Positions 20,190 to 28,781 of a stretch of 64,000 nucleotides of DNA are shown here, in pieces. Position 1 is the stretch's first letter. Each line of letters opens with the position of its first letter. This DNA is from Candidatus Latescibacterota bacterium. Lineage in GTDB: Bacteria; Latescibacterota; UBA2968; UBA8231. A program made the translations under genes and the position numbers. Where the stretch lies: NCBI GenBank assembly GCA_963422735.1, contig OY730476.1, positions 4,889,053 to 4,953,052 on the forward strand, given 5' to 3'. The notes beneath the pieces were generated by a model. It did not search any database. It had not been told where the DNA came from and saw only the letters and a list, made by a program, of their open reading frames with translations.

Positions 20190-21152
20190 ATGCCAGAACG
20201 CGTACAGATCGTAGTGCCCGGCGACAATCCAACTCAGATCGCTGGTTCGCCGCATTTGCAGCGGCTCGCTCCCTACGGGGATGTTTCTCTCTTCGAGGAT
20301 ACGCCGCAAAGTGCCGACGAGAAGATTGCGCGTACCGAGGGTGCGCAAATCATTATCAACACGCGCGGGGTCGTCACGTGGCGCGAGGAAATGCGTCGCT
20401 TGCCCGCGCTCAAAATGATTGCCACCTGCTCCATCGGCACGGACATGATCGACTTGGAGCTTGCCAAGGAACTCGGGGTCGTGGTGTCGAACCAGCCCGG
20501 CCGCACCGCGCCCGTGGTGGCCGAGCACATGTTCGGGCTGATGTTCGCCCTGTCCAAACGCGCCTATTTCCAGACCGCCGAGCTGAAGGCTGGCCGCTGG
20601 ACGCGCAAGATGAACACCATGCTGCAGGGCAAGGTGTTAGGCGTGGTCGGCACGGGTCCGATTGGCGCGGAGATGGCGCGATTGGGGCGGGCCCTCGGCA
20701 TGGAGGTCATCGCGTGGACCTTCCATCCGTCGCCTGAGCGCGCGGCCGAATATGGGGTGCGCTTCGTCGAGCTCGACGAGCTGTTGCAGGCAGCGGATGT
20801 GGTCAGCCTGCACGTGCGGTTGACCGAGGATACTCGGCACTTGCTCGGGACGCGCGAATTTGGCCTGATGAAGGAAGGGGCGCTGTTGTTGAACGGTGCA
20901 CGCGGCGATGTGCTGGACATCAACGCTTTGCGCGCTGCCTTGTTGGCCGGGCATTTGGGCGGGGCCGGGCTGGACGTGTTTCCCCAAGAGCCGCTGCCGA
21001 GCGACGATCCCATCCTCGATTGCGATCAGGTGGTGCTGACGCCGCATGCGGCGGATCAGACGCCCGAAGGGGTGAATTTGCTGAACGAGGGTGCGGTGGA
21101 TAATGTGATTGCGTTTTTGGAGGGGCGGCCGCGGAACAACGTGGCGGACTAG
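20190..21152 (+). CDS. D-isomer-specific 2-hydroxyacid dehydrogenase
   Basis: GTGPIG, SLHVRL, NGARG, LDVFPQEP, TPHAA. Confidence 0.9.
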   Translation: MPERVQIVVPGDNPTQIAGSPHLQRLAPYGDVSLFEDTPQSADEKIARTEGAQIIINTRGVVTWREEMRRLPALKMIATCSIGTDMIDLELAKELGVVVSNQPGRTAPVVAEHMFGLMFALSKRAYFQTAELKAGRWTRKMNTMLQGKVLGVVGTGPIGAEMARLGRALGMEVIAWTFHPSPERAAEYGVRFVELDELLQAADVVSLHVRLTEDTRHLLGTREFGLMKEGALLLNGARGDVLDINALRAALLAGHLGGAGLDVFPQEPLPSDDPILDCDQVVLTPHAADQTPEGVNLLNEGAVDNVIAFLEGRPRNNVAD

Positions 21153-21166
21153 TGCGAGGAGAGATT

Positions 21167-21877
21167 ATGGACGACGAGAAACAGCTAGAAAAAGAAAAAA
21201 AGGAATTTGCCGCGGCCATGGGGCACGATCCGTCCTTGACAACGGTGGATGATAAGGGGCGAACTGACCTGCACCATGCAGCAACATTGAACCTGCCCGC
21301 TCTGACTACATCCCTGCTGAAAAGCGGTATGGATGTCCACGCCAAGGACGAGGAAAAGATGACGCCGCTGCATATTGCGTCGATGCGGAATGCGGTTGCG
21401 GTTCCGAGGATTTTGCTGCACAGCGGGGCCGATGTCAACGCCAAGGACAAGGACGGCCTGACGCCGCTGCATATTGCGTCGATGCGGAATGCGATTGCGG
21501 GTGCGGAGTTTTTGCTCGACAAAGGGGCCTATATCAACGCGAAGAACTACTACAACGGCCTGACGCCGCTGCACATTGCGACGATGCGGAATGCGATTGC
21601 GGGTGCGAAGTTTTTGCTGCAGCACGGCGCAGATGTCGATGCGAAGAACTACCACGACGGCCTGACGCCGCTGCATATTGCGACGATGCGGAATATTTTT
21701 TACGTCGCCGAGCTTTTGCTGCAGCACGGGGCCGATGTCAACGCCAAGACCCGCGACGGCTGGACGCCGTTGTTTCTTGCCGTACACAAAAAAAATATGG
21801 TCAGTTCGTTGCTCCGTTTCCTTGGGCTGGAGACGAGGATGGTGCGTTTGTTGCGCCAGCATGGGGGCGAGGAATAA
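21167..21877 (+). CDS. ankyrin repeat protein (6 repeats)
   Basis: repeated TPLHIA...LL.HGADVNAK; SD gaggag before the ATG. Confidence 0.93.
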   Translation: MDDEKQLEKEKKEFAAAMGHDPSLTTVDDKGRTDLHHAATLNLPALTTSLLKSGMDVHAKDEEKMTPLHIASMRNAVAVPRILLHSGADVNAKDKDGLTPLHIASMRNAIAGAEFLLDKGAYINAKNYYNGLTPLHIATMRNAIAGAKFLLQHGADVDAKNYHDGLTPLHIATMRNIFYVAELLLQHGADVNAKTRDGWTPLFLAVHKKNMVSSLLRFLGLETRMVRLLRQHGGEE

Positions 21878-21893
21878 AACAGTTGGAGGACTT

Positions 21894-23684
21894 ATGAGTG
21901 AGGGACAACACCTCTTGGCGCTGCCGCAGGGGACGCGCATCCGGGACTTTGAGTTTCACCGCGTCCTCGGCCACGGCGGGTTTGGGCTTACCTATTTGGG
22001 GTGGAATGTCGCGCTGGATATTCCGGTGGCGATCAAGGAGTATCTGCCGGCGGACTTGGCTACCCGCAGAAGCGATCTGTCGGTGGTGCCGCAGTCGTCG
22101 CCGTCGTCATCGGATTTCCAATGGGGCTTGGAACGCTTCTTGGACGAAGCGCGCACGCTGGCGCGTTTCCAACATCCCCACATCGTCCGGGTCCATCACT
22201 TCTTTGAGGCGCATAGCACGGCGTATATCGCAATGGACTATGTGGAGGGGGAGGACTTGTCGGCGTATCTGGCGCGCAAAGGGACGCTGAGCGAAGCCGA
22301 ACTCAAGGGCATTCTGTATCCGTTGCTGAGTGCCTTAGCAGTGATCCATCGGGCTGATTTTCTGCATCGGGACATCAAGCCGGGCAATATCGTCCTTCGA
22401 GACGCAGACGGTTCGCCGGTGTTGCTGGACTTTGGTTCGGCGCGTCAGGCAGTCGGGGCTAAGAGCCGTTCGGTTACGTCGATAGTAACGCCGGGGTATG
22501 CGCCGATCGAGCAGTATTCGAGTCGGGGGCGTCAAGGGGCTTGGACAGACATTTATGCGTTGGGTGGGGTGTGTTATCGGGCGTTGACCGGGGATGTGCC
22601 CGACGATGCGACGGATAGGGTGCGGGAGGATCCGCTCGTTCCGGTATCTCGGCGGTGTGGGGGTCGGGTGAGTGGTTCGTTTTTGTCGGCGATTGATGCG
22701 GCGTTGTCGGTGGATGAGGGGGATCGTCCGCAGGGTGTTGAGGCTTGGCGGGAGGCGATGGAGTCGGATGGGGCGGCAGGGGAGGAACTGGCGGATGCTT
22801 CGGCGGAAACAGAGAAGGATGCTTCGGATGATGCGACACTCGTGGGGCGTAGTGATCAGGACGCGCCGCCACTGGATCGGCCGCAGAAGAAGACCCAACT
22901 CAAGCGGTTTGCCGTAGCCTTGGGGGTGGTTGCTTTCTTGGTTGGGGGCAAAATGTATGTTGATCATGCCGAGCAGGTGGCGTTGGATCGTCAGCGTGAG
23001 GAACAGGCGGCGTTAGAGCGTCAGCGTGAGGAACAGGCGGCATTGGATCGTCAGCGTGAGGAGCAGGCATTTGTCGCAGAGGTGGGGCGCACACCACATC
23101 CTAAGGGGATGAACAAGGGTAAGACTGACCTGCACATTGCAGCGGAATTGAACCTGCCCGTGCTGACTAGATCCCTGCTGGTACAGGGGGCGGATGTCCA
23201 CGCCAAAGACAACGTTGGCTTGACGCCGCTGCACTGGGCGGCGATGATGGATGCGTCTTTGACGGCGGAGTTGTTGCTGGCACAGGGGGCGGATATCCAC
23301 GCCAAAGACAACGATGGCCGGACGCCGCTGCACTATGCGGCGGATGCTTTTTCGACGGCGGAGTTGTTGCTGGCACAGGGGGCGGATGTCCACGCCAAAG
23401 ACAACGATGGCCGGACGCCGCTGCACTATGCGGCGATGATGGATGCGTCTTTGACGGCGGAGTTGTTGCTGGCTGAGGGGGCGGATATCCACGCCAAAAC
23501 CAACGTTGGCAGTACGCCGCTGCACTGGGCGGCGATGATGGATGCGTCTTTGACGGCGGAGTTGTTGCTGGCACAGGGGGCGGATGTCCACGCCAAAACC
23601 AACGTTGGCAGTACGCCGCTGCACTATGCGGCGGATGCTTTTTCGACGGCGGCGGTGTTGCGTCGTTATGGTGCCCGAAGGTGA
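21894..23684 (+). CDS. Hanks-type Ser/Thr kinase with TM helix, coiled-coil stalk and C-terminal ankyrin repeats
   Basis: LGHGGFGLTY, VAIKE, HRDIKPGN, DFG, TPGYAPIE; TM FAVALGVVAFLVGG; 6 ankyrin repeats. Confidence 0.95.
   Translation: MSEGQHLLALPQGTRIRDFEFHRVLGHGGFGLTYLGWNVALDIPVAIKEYLPADLATRRSDLSVVPQSSPSSSDFQWGLERFLDEARTLARFQHPHIVRVHHFFEAHSTAYIAMDYVEGEDLSAYLARKGTLSEAELKGILYPLLSALAVIHRADFLHRDIKPGNIVLRDADGSPVLLDFGSARQAVGAKSRSVTSIVTPGYAPIEQYSSRGRQGAWTDIYALGGVCYRALTGDVPDDATDRVREDPLVPVSRRCGGRVSGSFLSAIDAALSVDEGDRPQGVEAWREAMESDGAAGEELADASAETEKDASDDATLVGRSDQDAPPLDRPQKKTQLKRFAVALGVVAFLVGGKMYVDHAEQVALDRQREEQAALERQREEQAALDRQREEQAFVAEVGRTPHPKGMNKGKTDLHIAAELNLPVLTRSLLVQGADVHAKDNVGLTPLHWAAMMDASLTAELLLAQGADIHAKDNDGRTPLHYAADAFSTAELLLAQGADVHAKDNDGRTPLHYAAMMDASLTAELLLAEGADIHAKTNVGSTPLHWAAMMDASLTAELLLAQGADVHAKTNVGSTPLHYAADAFSTAAVLRRYGARR
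22974..23063 (+). repeat. 3 x 30-bp tandem repeat (QAALDRQREE)
   Basis: caggyggcgttrgakcgtcagcgtgaggar-like unit occurring three times. Confidence 0.9.
23190..23655 (+). repeat. near-identical 99-bp and 93-bp ankyrin-coding repeats
   Basis: recurrent ttgacggcggagttgttgctggcacagggggcggat...cacgccaaa blocks. Confidence 0.9.
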
Positions 23685-23699
23685 ACAATTGGAGATGCT

Positions 23700-23797
23700 G
23701 TGAGCGAAGAGCAATATCCTCTTCACGCCTTGCCCCAAGGAAGACGGCCGCGGTGGGTATGGGGGTCTTGGTTTTGATCGGCCTTCTTAGCTGTTGA
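23700..23797 (+). pseudogene. internally deleted relic of a paralogous receptor kinase gene
   Basis: GTG-SEEQYPLHALPQG resembles kinase start MSEGQHLLALPQG; upstream aacaattggag resembles aacagttggag; followed in another frame by TM-like AAVGMGVLVLIGLLSC*. Confidence 0.6.
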
Positions 23798-23825
23798 CGC
23801 CAGCCTGAACGTACACGGAGAGGTT

Positions 23826-25451
23826 ATGCTCAAACAATACCTATCTTTTATCGTGCATTTCGCCGTGGCTTGGTTCCTTTGCCCAAGTCCCGTCTCGGCG
23901 CAAATAGATGTGGATGTTGTTGCTGAAAGCATCGTGCGGGTTCGCGCTTATGACGATCACAAAGTCGTGGTTGAAGGGAGCGGTTTCGTCGTCAACGAAA
24001 AAGGATACGTGCTGACGAATGCCCATCTCCTAGCCAAGGCAGAGGGCTTGACCGTATGGTCCCTGAAGACTGGGGCCGAGGTTGTGGCGCAGCGGGTGTT
24101 TGCCAGCCGCGACATGAACTTGGCCCTGTTGCACGTACCGGGCTTGAACTTGCCGCCCCTCAGCTTATCCGAGCAAGGAGCCGATGTCGGCCGGGCCGTG
24201 CAGACGCTGCGATTCGGCGCAGCGGGGGATGTTCGGCTTTCTCGCGGGACGATAGGCACATACCAAGACGTCTTCGGCAAGAAATCAAGCCGTCCGGTGG
24301 CACACCTGCTCCAACACAATGCCTTGATAACGGCCCAAGCCTTCGGTATGCCCTTGTTCAACGAATGCGGGGATGTCGTCGCCATCAATCTGCCAGACCA
24401 AGGCAGCGGCTCGTGGCCGTTTCGGAAAGCGAAACCAAAAGGAGCCATTTTTGCCTTGCGCAGCGGCGACATCATAGCTGCACTCGAAGAGCGAGAAATC
24501 GCCCATACGGTGGTTGAGGCAGAATGCCTGAGTGCGGTTGAGCGCGCTGAACGCGATAGAAAAGCGGCCGCCGATAGCCTCAAGGTGGCTAAGGCGCAGG
24601 CCGACTCGGCAAGCAAAGCCGCAGAAAAGGCTAAGGCGCAAGCCGACTCGGCGAGCAAAGCCGCAGAAAAGACCAAGGCGCAGGCCGACTCGGCGAGCGA
24701 AGCCGCAGAAAAGGCCAAGGCCAAAGAGAAGGCCACGCGGCAGATGGCCGAACGGGAGAAAGCGCGGGCCGATTCCGCAAAGAAAGCAGTGGCCGACAGT
24801 CTCCAAGCGGCTAAGACCAAAGCCGATAGCCTGAAGATGGCCAAGGCACGAGCCGATTCCGCGAGTAAGGCGGCCGCCGACAGTCTCAAGGCGGCCAAGG
24901 CCAAAGCCGACAGCCTCCAAGCGGCCAAAGATCAGGCCGCGCAGCGGTTGAAGTGGGGTATTGCCGCAGGGGCGGGACTGGTGCTGCTCGCACTTTTCGG
25001 TTGGTGGCTTTCCTCGCGGCGGAAAAAGGAGCAATTACAGAGCGCCGAGTCCCGCTTGAGCGAAGCCGAACAAACGGCTGAAGCAGCGCGCCAAGCCGTG
25101 GCGAACGCACCGCAAGCCGCGCCTTTCAGATGTCTATTGGAAGGCCAAGACCGCACCGGCCGGCCATTCGCATTGACCATACCGGCATTGGTGTTGGGTG
25201 ATCGGGCCGGTGTGACGCTCGGGAGAAGCCCGGCCAGTGCCGAATTTATCATCGACCACGAAGAAGTCTCCCGCGAACACATCCGGCTTGCGTGTGCTGA
25301 CGGCGAACTCTACGCAGAGGATTTGAACGCCCTGAATAGCACAAAGTTGAATGGCCGCTTGCTCAACCCTCGCGAGCAGGTACTGTTGCAAAACAATGAT
25401 CGGCTTGAGATAGGGCCAGTCGTTTTTACTGTGCGTTTAGTTCAGGAGTGA
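23826..25451 (+). CDS. signal peptide + inactive trypsin-like domain + Ala/Lys coiled coil + TM + FHA domain
   Basis: GSGFVV...LTNAH retained; DLAL replaced by NLAL and GNSGGP by QAFGMP; ADS repeats; FHA LGR...VSREH...DLNALN. Confidence 0.88.
   Translation: MLKQYLSFIVHFAVAWFLCPSPVSAQIDVDVVAESIVRVRAYDDHKVVVEGSGFVVNEKGYVLTNAHLLAKAEGLTVWSLKTGAEVVAQRVFASRDMNLALLHVPGLNLPPLSLSEQGADVGRAVQTLRFGAAGDVRLSRGTIGTYQDVFGKKSSRPVAHLLQHNALITAQAFGMPLFNECGDVVAINLPDQGSGSWPFRKAKPKGAIFALRSGDIIAALEEREIAHTVVEAECLSAVERAERDRKAAADSLKVAKAQADSASKAAEKAKAQADSASKAAEKTKAQADSASEAAEKAKAKEKATRQMAEREKARADSAKKAVADSLQAAKTKADSLKMAKARADSASKAAADSLKAAKAKADSLQAAKDQAAQRLKWGIAAGAGLVLLALFGWWLSSRRKKEQLQSAESRLSEAEQTAEAARQAVANAPQAAPFRCLLEGQDRTGRPFALTIPALVLGDRAGVTLGRSPASAEFIIDHEEVSREHIRLACADGELYAEDLNALNSTKLNGRLLNPREQVLLQNNDRLEIGPVVFTVRLVQE
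24588..24725 (+). repeat. 3 x 42-bp tandem repeat (AKAQADSASKAAEK)
   Basis: aaggcgcargccgactcggcragcraagccgcagaaaag-like unit occurring three times. Confidence 0.85.
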
Positions 25452-25454
25452 ACA

Positions 25455-26720
25455 TTGCACAGCTTCAGGCGCTGGGGTCTCGTCTTTTTTCTTTTTGCGC
25501 TTCTGCTGCCGTGCCGCTCCGTTGCCGCGCCAGACTTTGACGCGCTTGAGAAGAGCGTGGTACGCATTGTAAGGCAAACCAACGAGGGGCTTGGTGCTGG
25601 CACTGGATTCGCCATAAATGACCAAGGCTATATTGCGACAAATGTCCACGTCATAGCCGACGCCAACTCGATCACAGCCATCCCAACAAACTCCAACGAG
25701 CTGTACGATGTGGAAGTAATCGCCACATCCCAAGAACTCGACCTCGCAATCGCCTATATCCCAGATATAACCCTGCCGCCCATCGCGTTTTCGCTCGCAC
25801 CAGCCATAAAAGGACAAAAGGTATGGTCCATAGGCTATCCTGGTGGGGCCGACCGCAACAGACCGGCTCACGACCCGACTGTGCAAGACGGCGTCATTGG
25901 AAGGGTTTTTTTGGGTGCGTGGCACGCGCAAGAACTCAGGATTATTCAGCACAATGCGCCGACCAATCCGGGCAACAGCGGCGGCCCTCTACTAGATGAT
26001 TGTAGCCGGGCAGTTGGCGTCAATACGCAGGCGTCTCTCGTCGTCATTAGCAGTCCATCCAGCGGGGTGACGCGGGTACCCCATGCGGCGGGCATTTACT
26101 GGTCTTCGCATATAGAGGAATTGGCAAACCTGTTGGACGGCCATGGCATTACTTTTCAATCAGAGCGCGACGATTGTGTGGCGGCTAGTGGCACGGGAAG
26201 TTCTGGCGAGGCCGAACAAGCGCGGGCGCAGGCAGAAGAAGCGAGCGATCAGTTTCTCTTCTGGCTGCTATTGTTGGGAGGTGTGGCCTTGGTCGCCTTG
26301 GTCGTTGCCTCGAAGAAGCCGCGCCAGCTCGTCCAGCAGATGAGTCGGCGCACAACCAAAAAGGAAGGGGTAGAAGTTGTTGCAAAAGGCCCAAACCACG
26401 GCCTCGTGCTGGCCGGTTTTGACGGTCGCGGCAACCGCATTTGCATTGAGTTGTCGCCGGCCCGATTTGCCGGTCAACGCTTGGGGCTTTCGCTCGGCAG
26501 GCATCCCGATTTGGTGGATGAAATTGTCGCGGATGAAAACGTATCGAGACGGCATCTGCGAATTGCAGCCGAGGGCGATCAACTTTACGTCGAAGATTTG
26601 AACTCCAGCAATGGGACATTTCTGAACGAGCAGCGCCTGTCGCCCTTTGAGCCGGCGCGGTTGGACTATGGTACCAAAGTCGCGCTGGGCGATTTGGTGC
26701 TCGTGGCGTCCAAACTTTAG
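25455..26720 (+). CDS. signal peptide + active trypsin-like serine protease + TM + FHA domain
   Basis: TNVHV, ELDLAI, NPGNSGGPL triad; TM; FHA LGRH...VSRRH...SSNGTFLN. Confidence 0.92.
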   Translation: MHSFRRWGLVFFLFALLLPCRSVAAPDFDALEKSVVRIVRQTNEGLGAGTGFAINDQGYIATNVHVIADANSITAIPTNSNELYDVEVIATSQELDLAIAYIPDITLPPIAFSLAPAIKGQKVWSIGYPGGADRNRPAHDPTVQDGVIGRVFLGAWHAQELRIIQHNAPTNPGNSGGPLLDDCSRAVGVNTQASLVVISSPSSGVTRVPHAAGIYWSSHIEELANLLDGHGITFQSERDDCVAASGTGSSGEAEQARAQAEEASDQFLFWLLLLGGVALVALVVASKKPRQLVQQMSRRTTKKEGVEVVAKGPNHGLVLAGFDGRGNRICIELSPARFAGQRLGLSLGRHPDLVDEIVADENVSRRHLRIAAEGDQLYVEDLNSSNGTFLNEQRLSPFEPARLDYGTKVALGDLVLVASKL

Positions 26721-26734
26721 ATGGGGTACTGGGC

Positions 26735-27571
26735 GTGAAAAAACGCAGCCGAGAGATCAACATCTTTAGCATGTCTGCGCTCGATCTGTTCGCATCGGCT
26801 CTCGGCGCGTTCATACTCATTACCATAGTGCTGCTGCCCTTTTTTCCAAATCTGAACATGTCGGGACAGGCAAAGGCTAAGCTGGCGCAGGCAAAGGCCG
26901 AATTGGCGCAGGCAAAGGCCGAATCAGAGCGGGTGAAGGCTAAGCTGGAGCGGGAGAAGGCCAAAGCTTCAAAAACAAAAGGTCAGCTTGAAAAACGGGT
27001 GAAGGCTTTGCAACAGGAGATAGACAACACAACCGTTTTATTGGGCATTGAGACGAAGGCGAAGAAGTTTGTGCTCGTCATAGATATGTCGGGCAGTATT
27101 TATCAGCCTCGACAGCAAGATTATCGTCAGTTCATAACATTGTCCATACAAGACATGCTCGCTGCTTTTAAGTCGGAAATAGAGGTCTGTCTCATTGGTT
27201 TTCAAGGCTCGAATCTGCTGCACTATTGGCCTCAAAATAGAGGTTACTTTCAAGTAGAAAGGAACACGCGAGATCGTGTTGTAGGACAGGTAAACGACTG
27301 GATGAGATTGGTGGATGGCGGCACGCCCACACGCGCCGCCTTGCTGGCGGCGATTGCACTGCACCCCGAAGAAATCATCCTGTTGAGCGATGGTGCGCCC
27401 TCAGAAGATTGGCGCATGGTCGTGCGGACTGTAACGGCTGAAAATAGGCGGAAAATACCCATACACGCCGTAGCTGTTGGCAATTACGTGGCAGACCGAA
27501 AATTTATTGACTTTCTAGTGCAGCTAACAGAGCGGAATAATGGGTCCGTTGTAGGAGCCAAACCAGGTTGA
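26735..27571 (+). CDS. ExbD/TolR/MotB-like N-terminal anchor + coiled coil + vWA domain
   Basis: REINIFSMSALDLFASALG TM with Asp; MIDAS motifs DMSGS, GGTPT, LSDG. Confidence 0.85.
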   Translation: MKKRSREINIFSMSALDLFASALGAFILITIVLLPFFPNLNMSGQAKAKLAQAKAELAQAKAESERVKAKLEREKAKASKTKGQLEKRVKALQQEIDNTTVLLGIETKAKKFVLVIDMSGSIYQPRQQDYRQFITLSIQDMLAAFKSEIEVCLIGFQGSNLLHYWPQNRGYFQVERNTRDRVVGQVNDWMRLVDGGTPTRAALLAAIALHPEEIILLSDGAPSEDWRMVVRTVTAENRRKIPIHAVAVGNYVADRKFIDFLVQLTERNNGSVVGAKPG

Positions 27572-27572
27572 T

Positions 27573-27941
27573 ATGAACAAGTCGAGATTTTCCGTGTACC
27601 GAATCGGTCGCGGCTCAGGTGTGGACATCCAGATTGACGATGATTCGGTCTCTCGCGCCCACGCCGAGTTAATTACAACGCACAGCGGCTCTTACTATCT
27701 CACCGACTGCGCCAGCAGCGGGGGTAGTTATGTGGCGAGGGACGGCGAGTGGAGATGCATCAGGCAAGAATTTATAAGCCCGACAGATGCGATTTTGCTC
27801 GGTCATTATCAGACGACCGCACCCGCACTTATCGCTATGGCCGCGCAAAGCAAGCGCCGTTTAGGAGGGGGGACATCCCTGCCCAAGGGACCAGTGCAGC
27901 GCAACATAGATACGGGCGAGATCATTGGCGAGGAGGATTGA
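27573..27941 (+). CDS. FHA domain protein
   Basis: IGRG...VSRAHA...DCASSGGSYV. Confidence 0.88.
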   Translation: MNKSRFSVYRIGRGSGVDIQIDDDSVSRAHAELITTHSGSYYLTDCASSGGSYVARDGEWRCIRQEFISPTDAILLGHYQTTAPALIAMAAQSKRRLGGGTSLPKGPVQRNIDTGEIIGEED

Positions 27942-27942
27942 C

Positions 27943-28728
27943 ATGGCAAAAGGGCAAGGGGTAGATATAGAGCAACGCCTAAAAGCAAGCGGCTTCAGCC
28001 TGTTAGGGGGCGTCATATCTATAGCGATTATGAGTTTTATTTTTGACCGTCCCGATTCTGCGGCGGGTGCTTTTCTGCTAGATCGCCACACGGATAATTT
28101 CCCCTACCCGTTTACGATCCAAAACGTCATGTGGCTTATGTTTTGGATCGGCTGCGGCGAGCTTTGGGTGCGATTCAACCAATCCAAGCTAGAAATGGAG
28201 CAGATGTCGAAACGCTATCTGCCGGAGGACGATGATGTTATGTTGCGGGCGCGGGATTTGGGTTCCTTTTATCAGAAGGTGCGGCCCATAGCGGAGGAGC
28301 GCACCTTCTTTTTACAGCGTCTGATCATGCGCTGTATTTTGCAGTTTCAGGGGAGCCACTCCGTCAATCAAGCCAACTCGCTATTGAATTCTTCTCTCGA
28401 ATTATTTCAGCACGAGCTCGAACTCAAATACGCGATGTTGCGCTATCTCGTATGGCTGATACCAACCTTGGGGTTTATCGGCACTGTGGTGGGCATTGCG
28501 TTCGCGTTGGACTATGCGGCCAACATTGAAGATCCACAGGATCCGACCTTGCTGGCCGAGATTACGGGTCGGCTGGGCGTCGCGTTTTACACGACCTTGC
28601 TCGCGTTGGTCCAATCGGCACTGCTGGTGTTTGCGCTGCACATTGTGCAAAGCCGGGAAGAGATGTCCCTAAACCAATCCGGCCAATACTGTTTGGACAA
28701 CTTAATCAACCGGCTTTACGAAAAATAA
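27943..28728 (+). CDS. MotA/TolQ/ExbB proton channel family protein
   Basis: IPTLGFIGTVVGI and LGVAFYTTLLAL helices. Confidence 0.92.
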   Translation: MAKGQGVDIEQRLKASGFSLLGGVISIAIMSFIFDRPDSAAGAFLLDRHTDNFPYPFTIQNVMWLMFWIGCGELWVRFNQSKLEMEQMSKRYLPEDDDVMLRARDLGSFYQKVRPIAEERTFFLQRLIMRCILQFQGSHSVNQANSLLNSSLELFQHELELKYAMLRYLVWLIPTLGFIGTVVGIAFALDYAANIEDPQDPTLLAEITGRLGVAFYTTLLALVQSALLVFALHIVQSREEMSLNQSGQYCLDNLINRLYEK

Positions 28729-28781
28729 GTTGCGGGCGAGACACCTGCGCTGCCGGAATAACTCAAAGATAGGAGGGCACC

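Noticed and set aside
19124-20737. 537-aa plus-strand ORF
   Set aside because: Overlaps two well-supported dehydrogenase genes; GC-rich shadow ORF.
23190-23655. Possible CRISPR array or DGR template/variable repeats
   Set aside because: Repeats are in-frame ankyrin units without unique spacers; no cas or reverse transcriptase gene in the window; differences are not evidently adenine-specific.
21185-25034. Long repetitive antisense ORFs over the ankyrin and ADS repeat genes
   Set aside because: Shadow frames of GC-rich repeat-coding genes, with no independent motifs.
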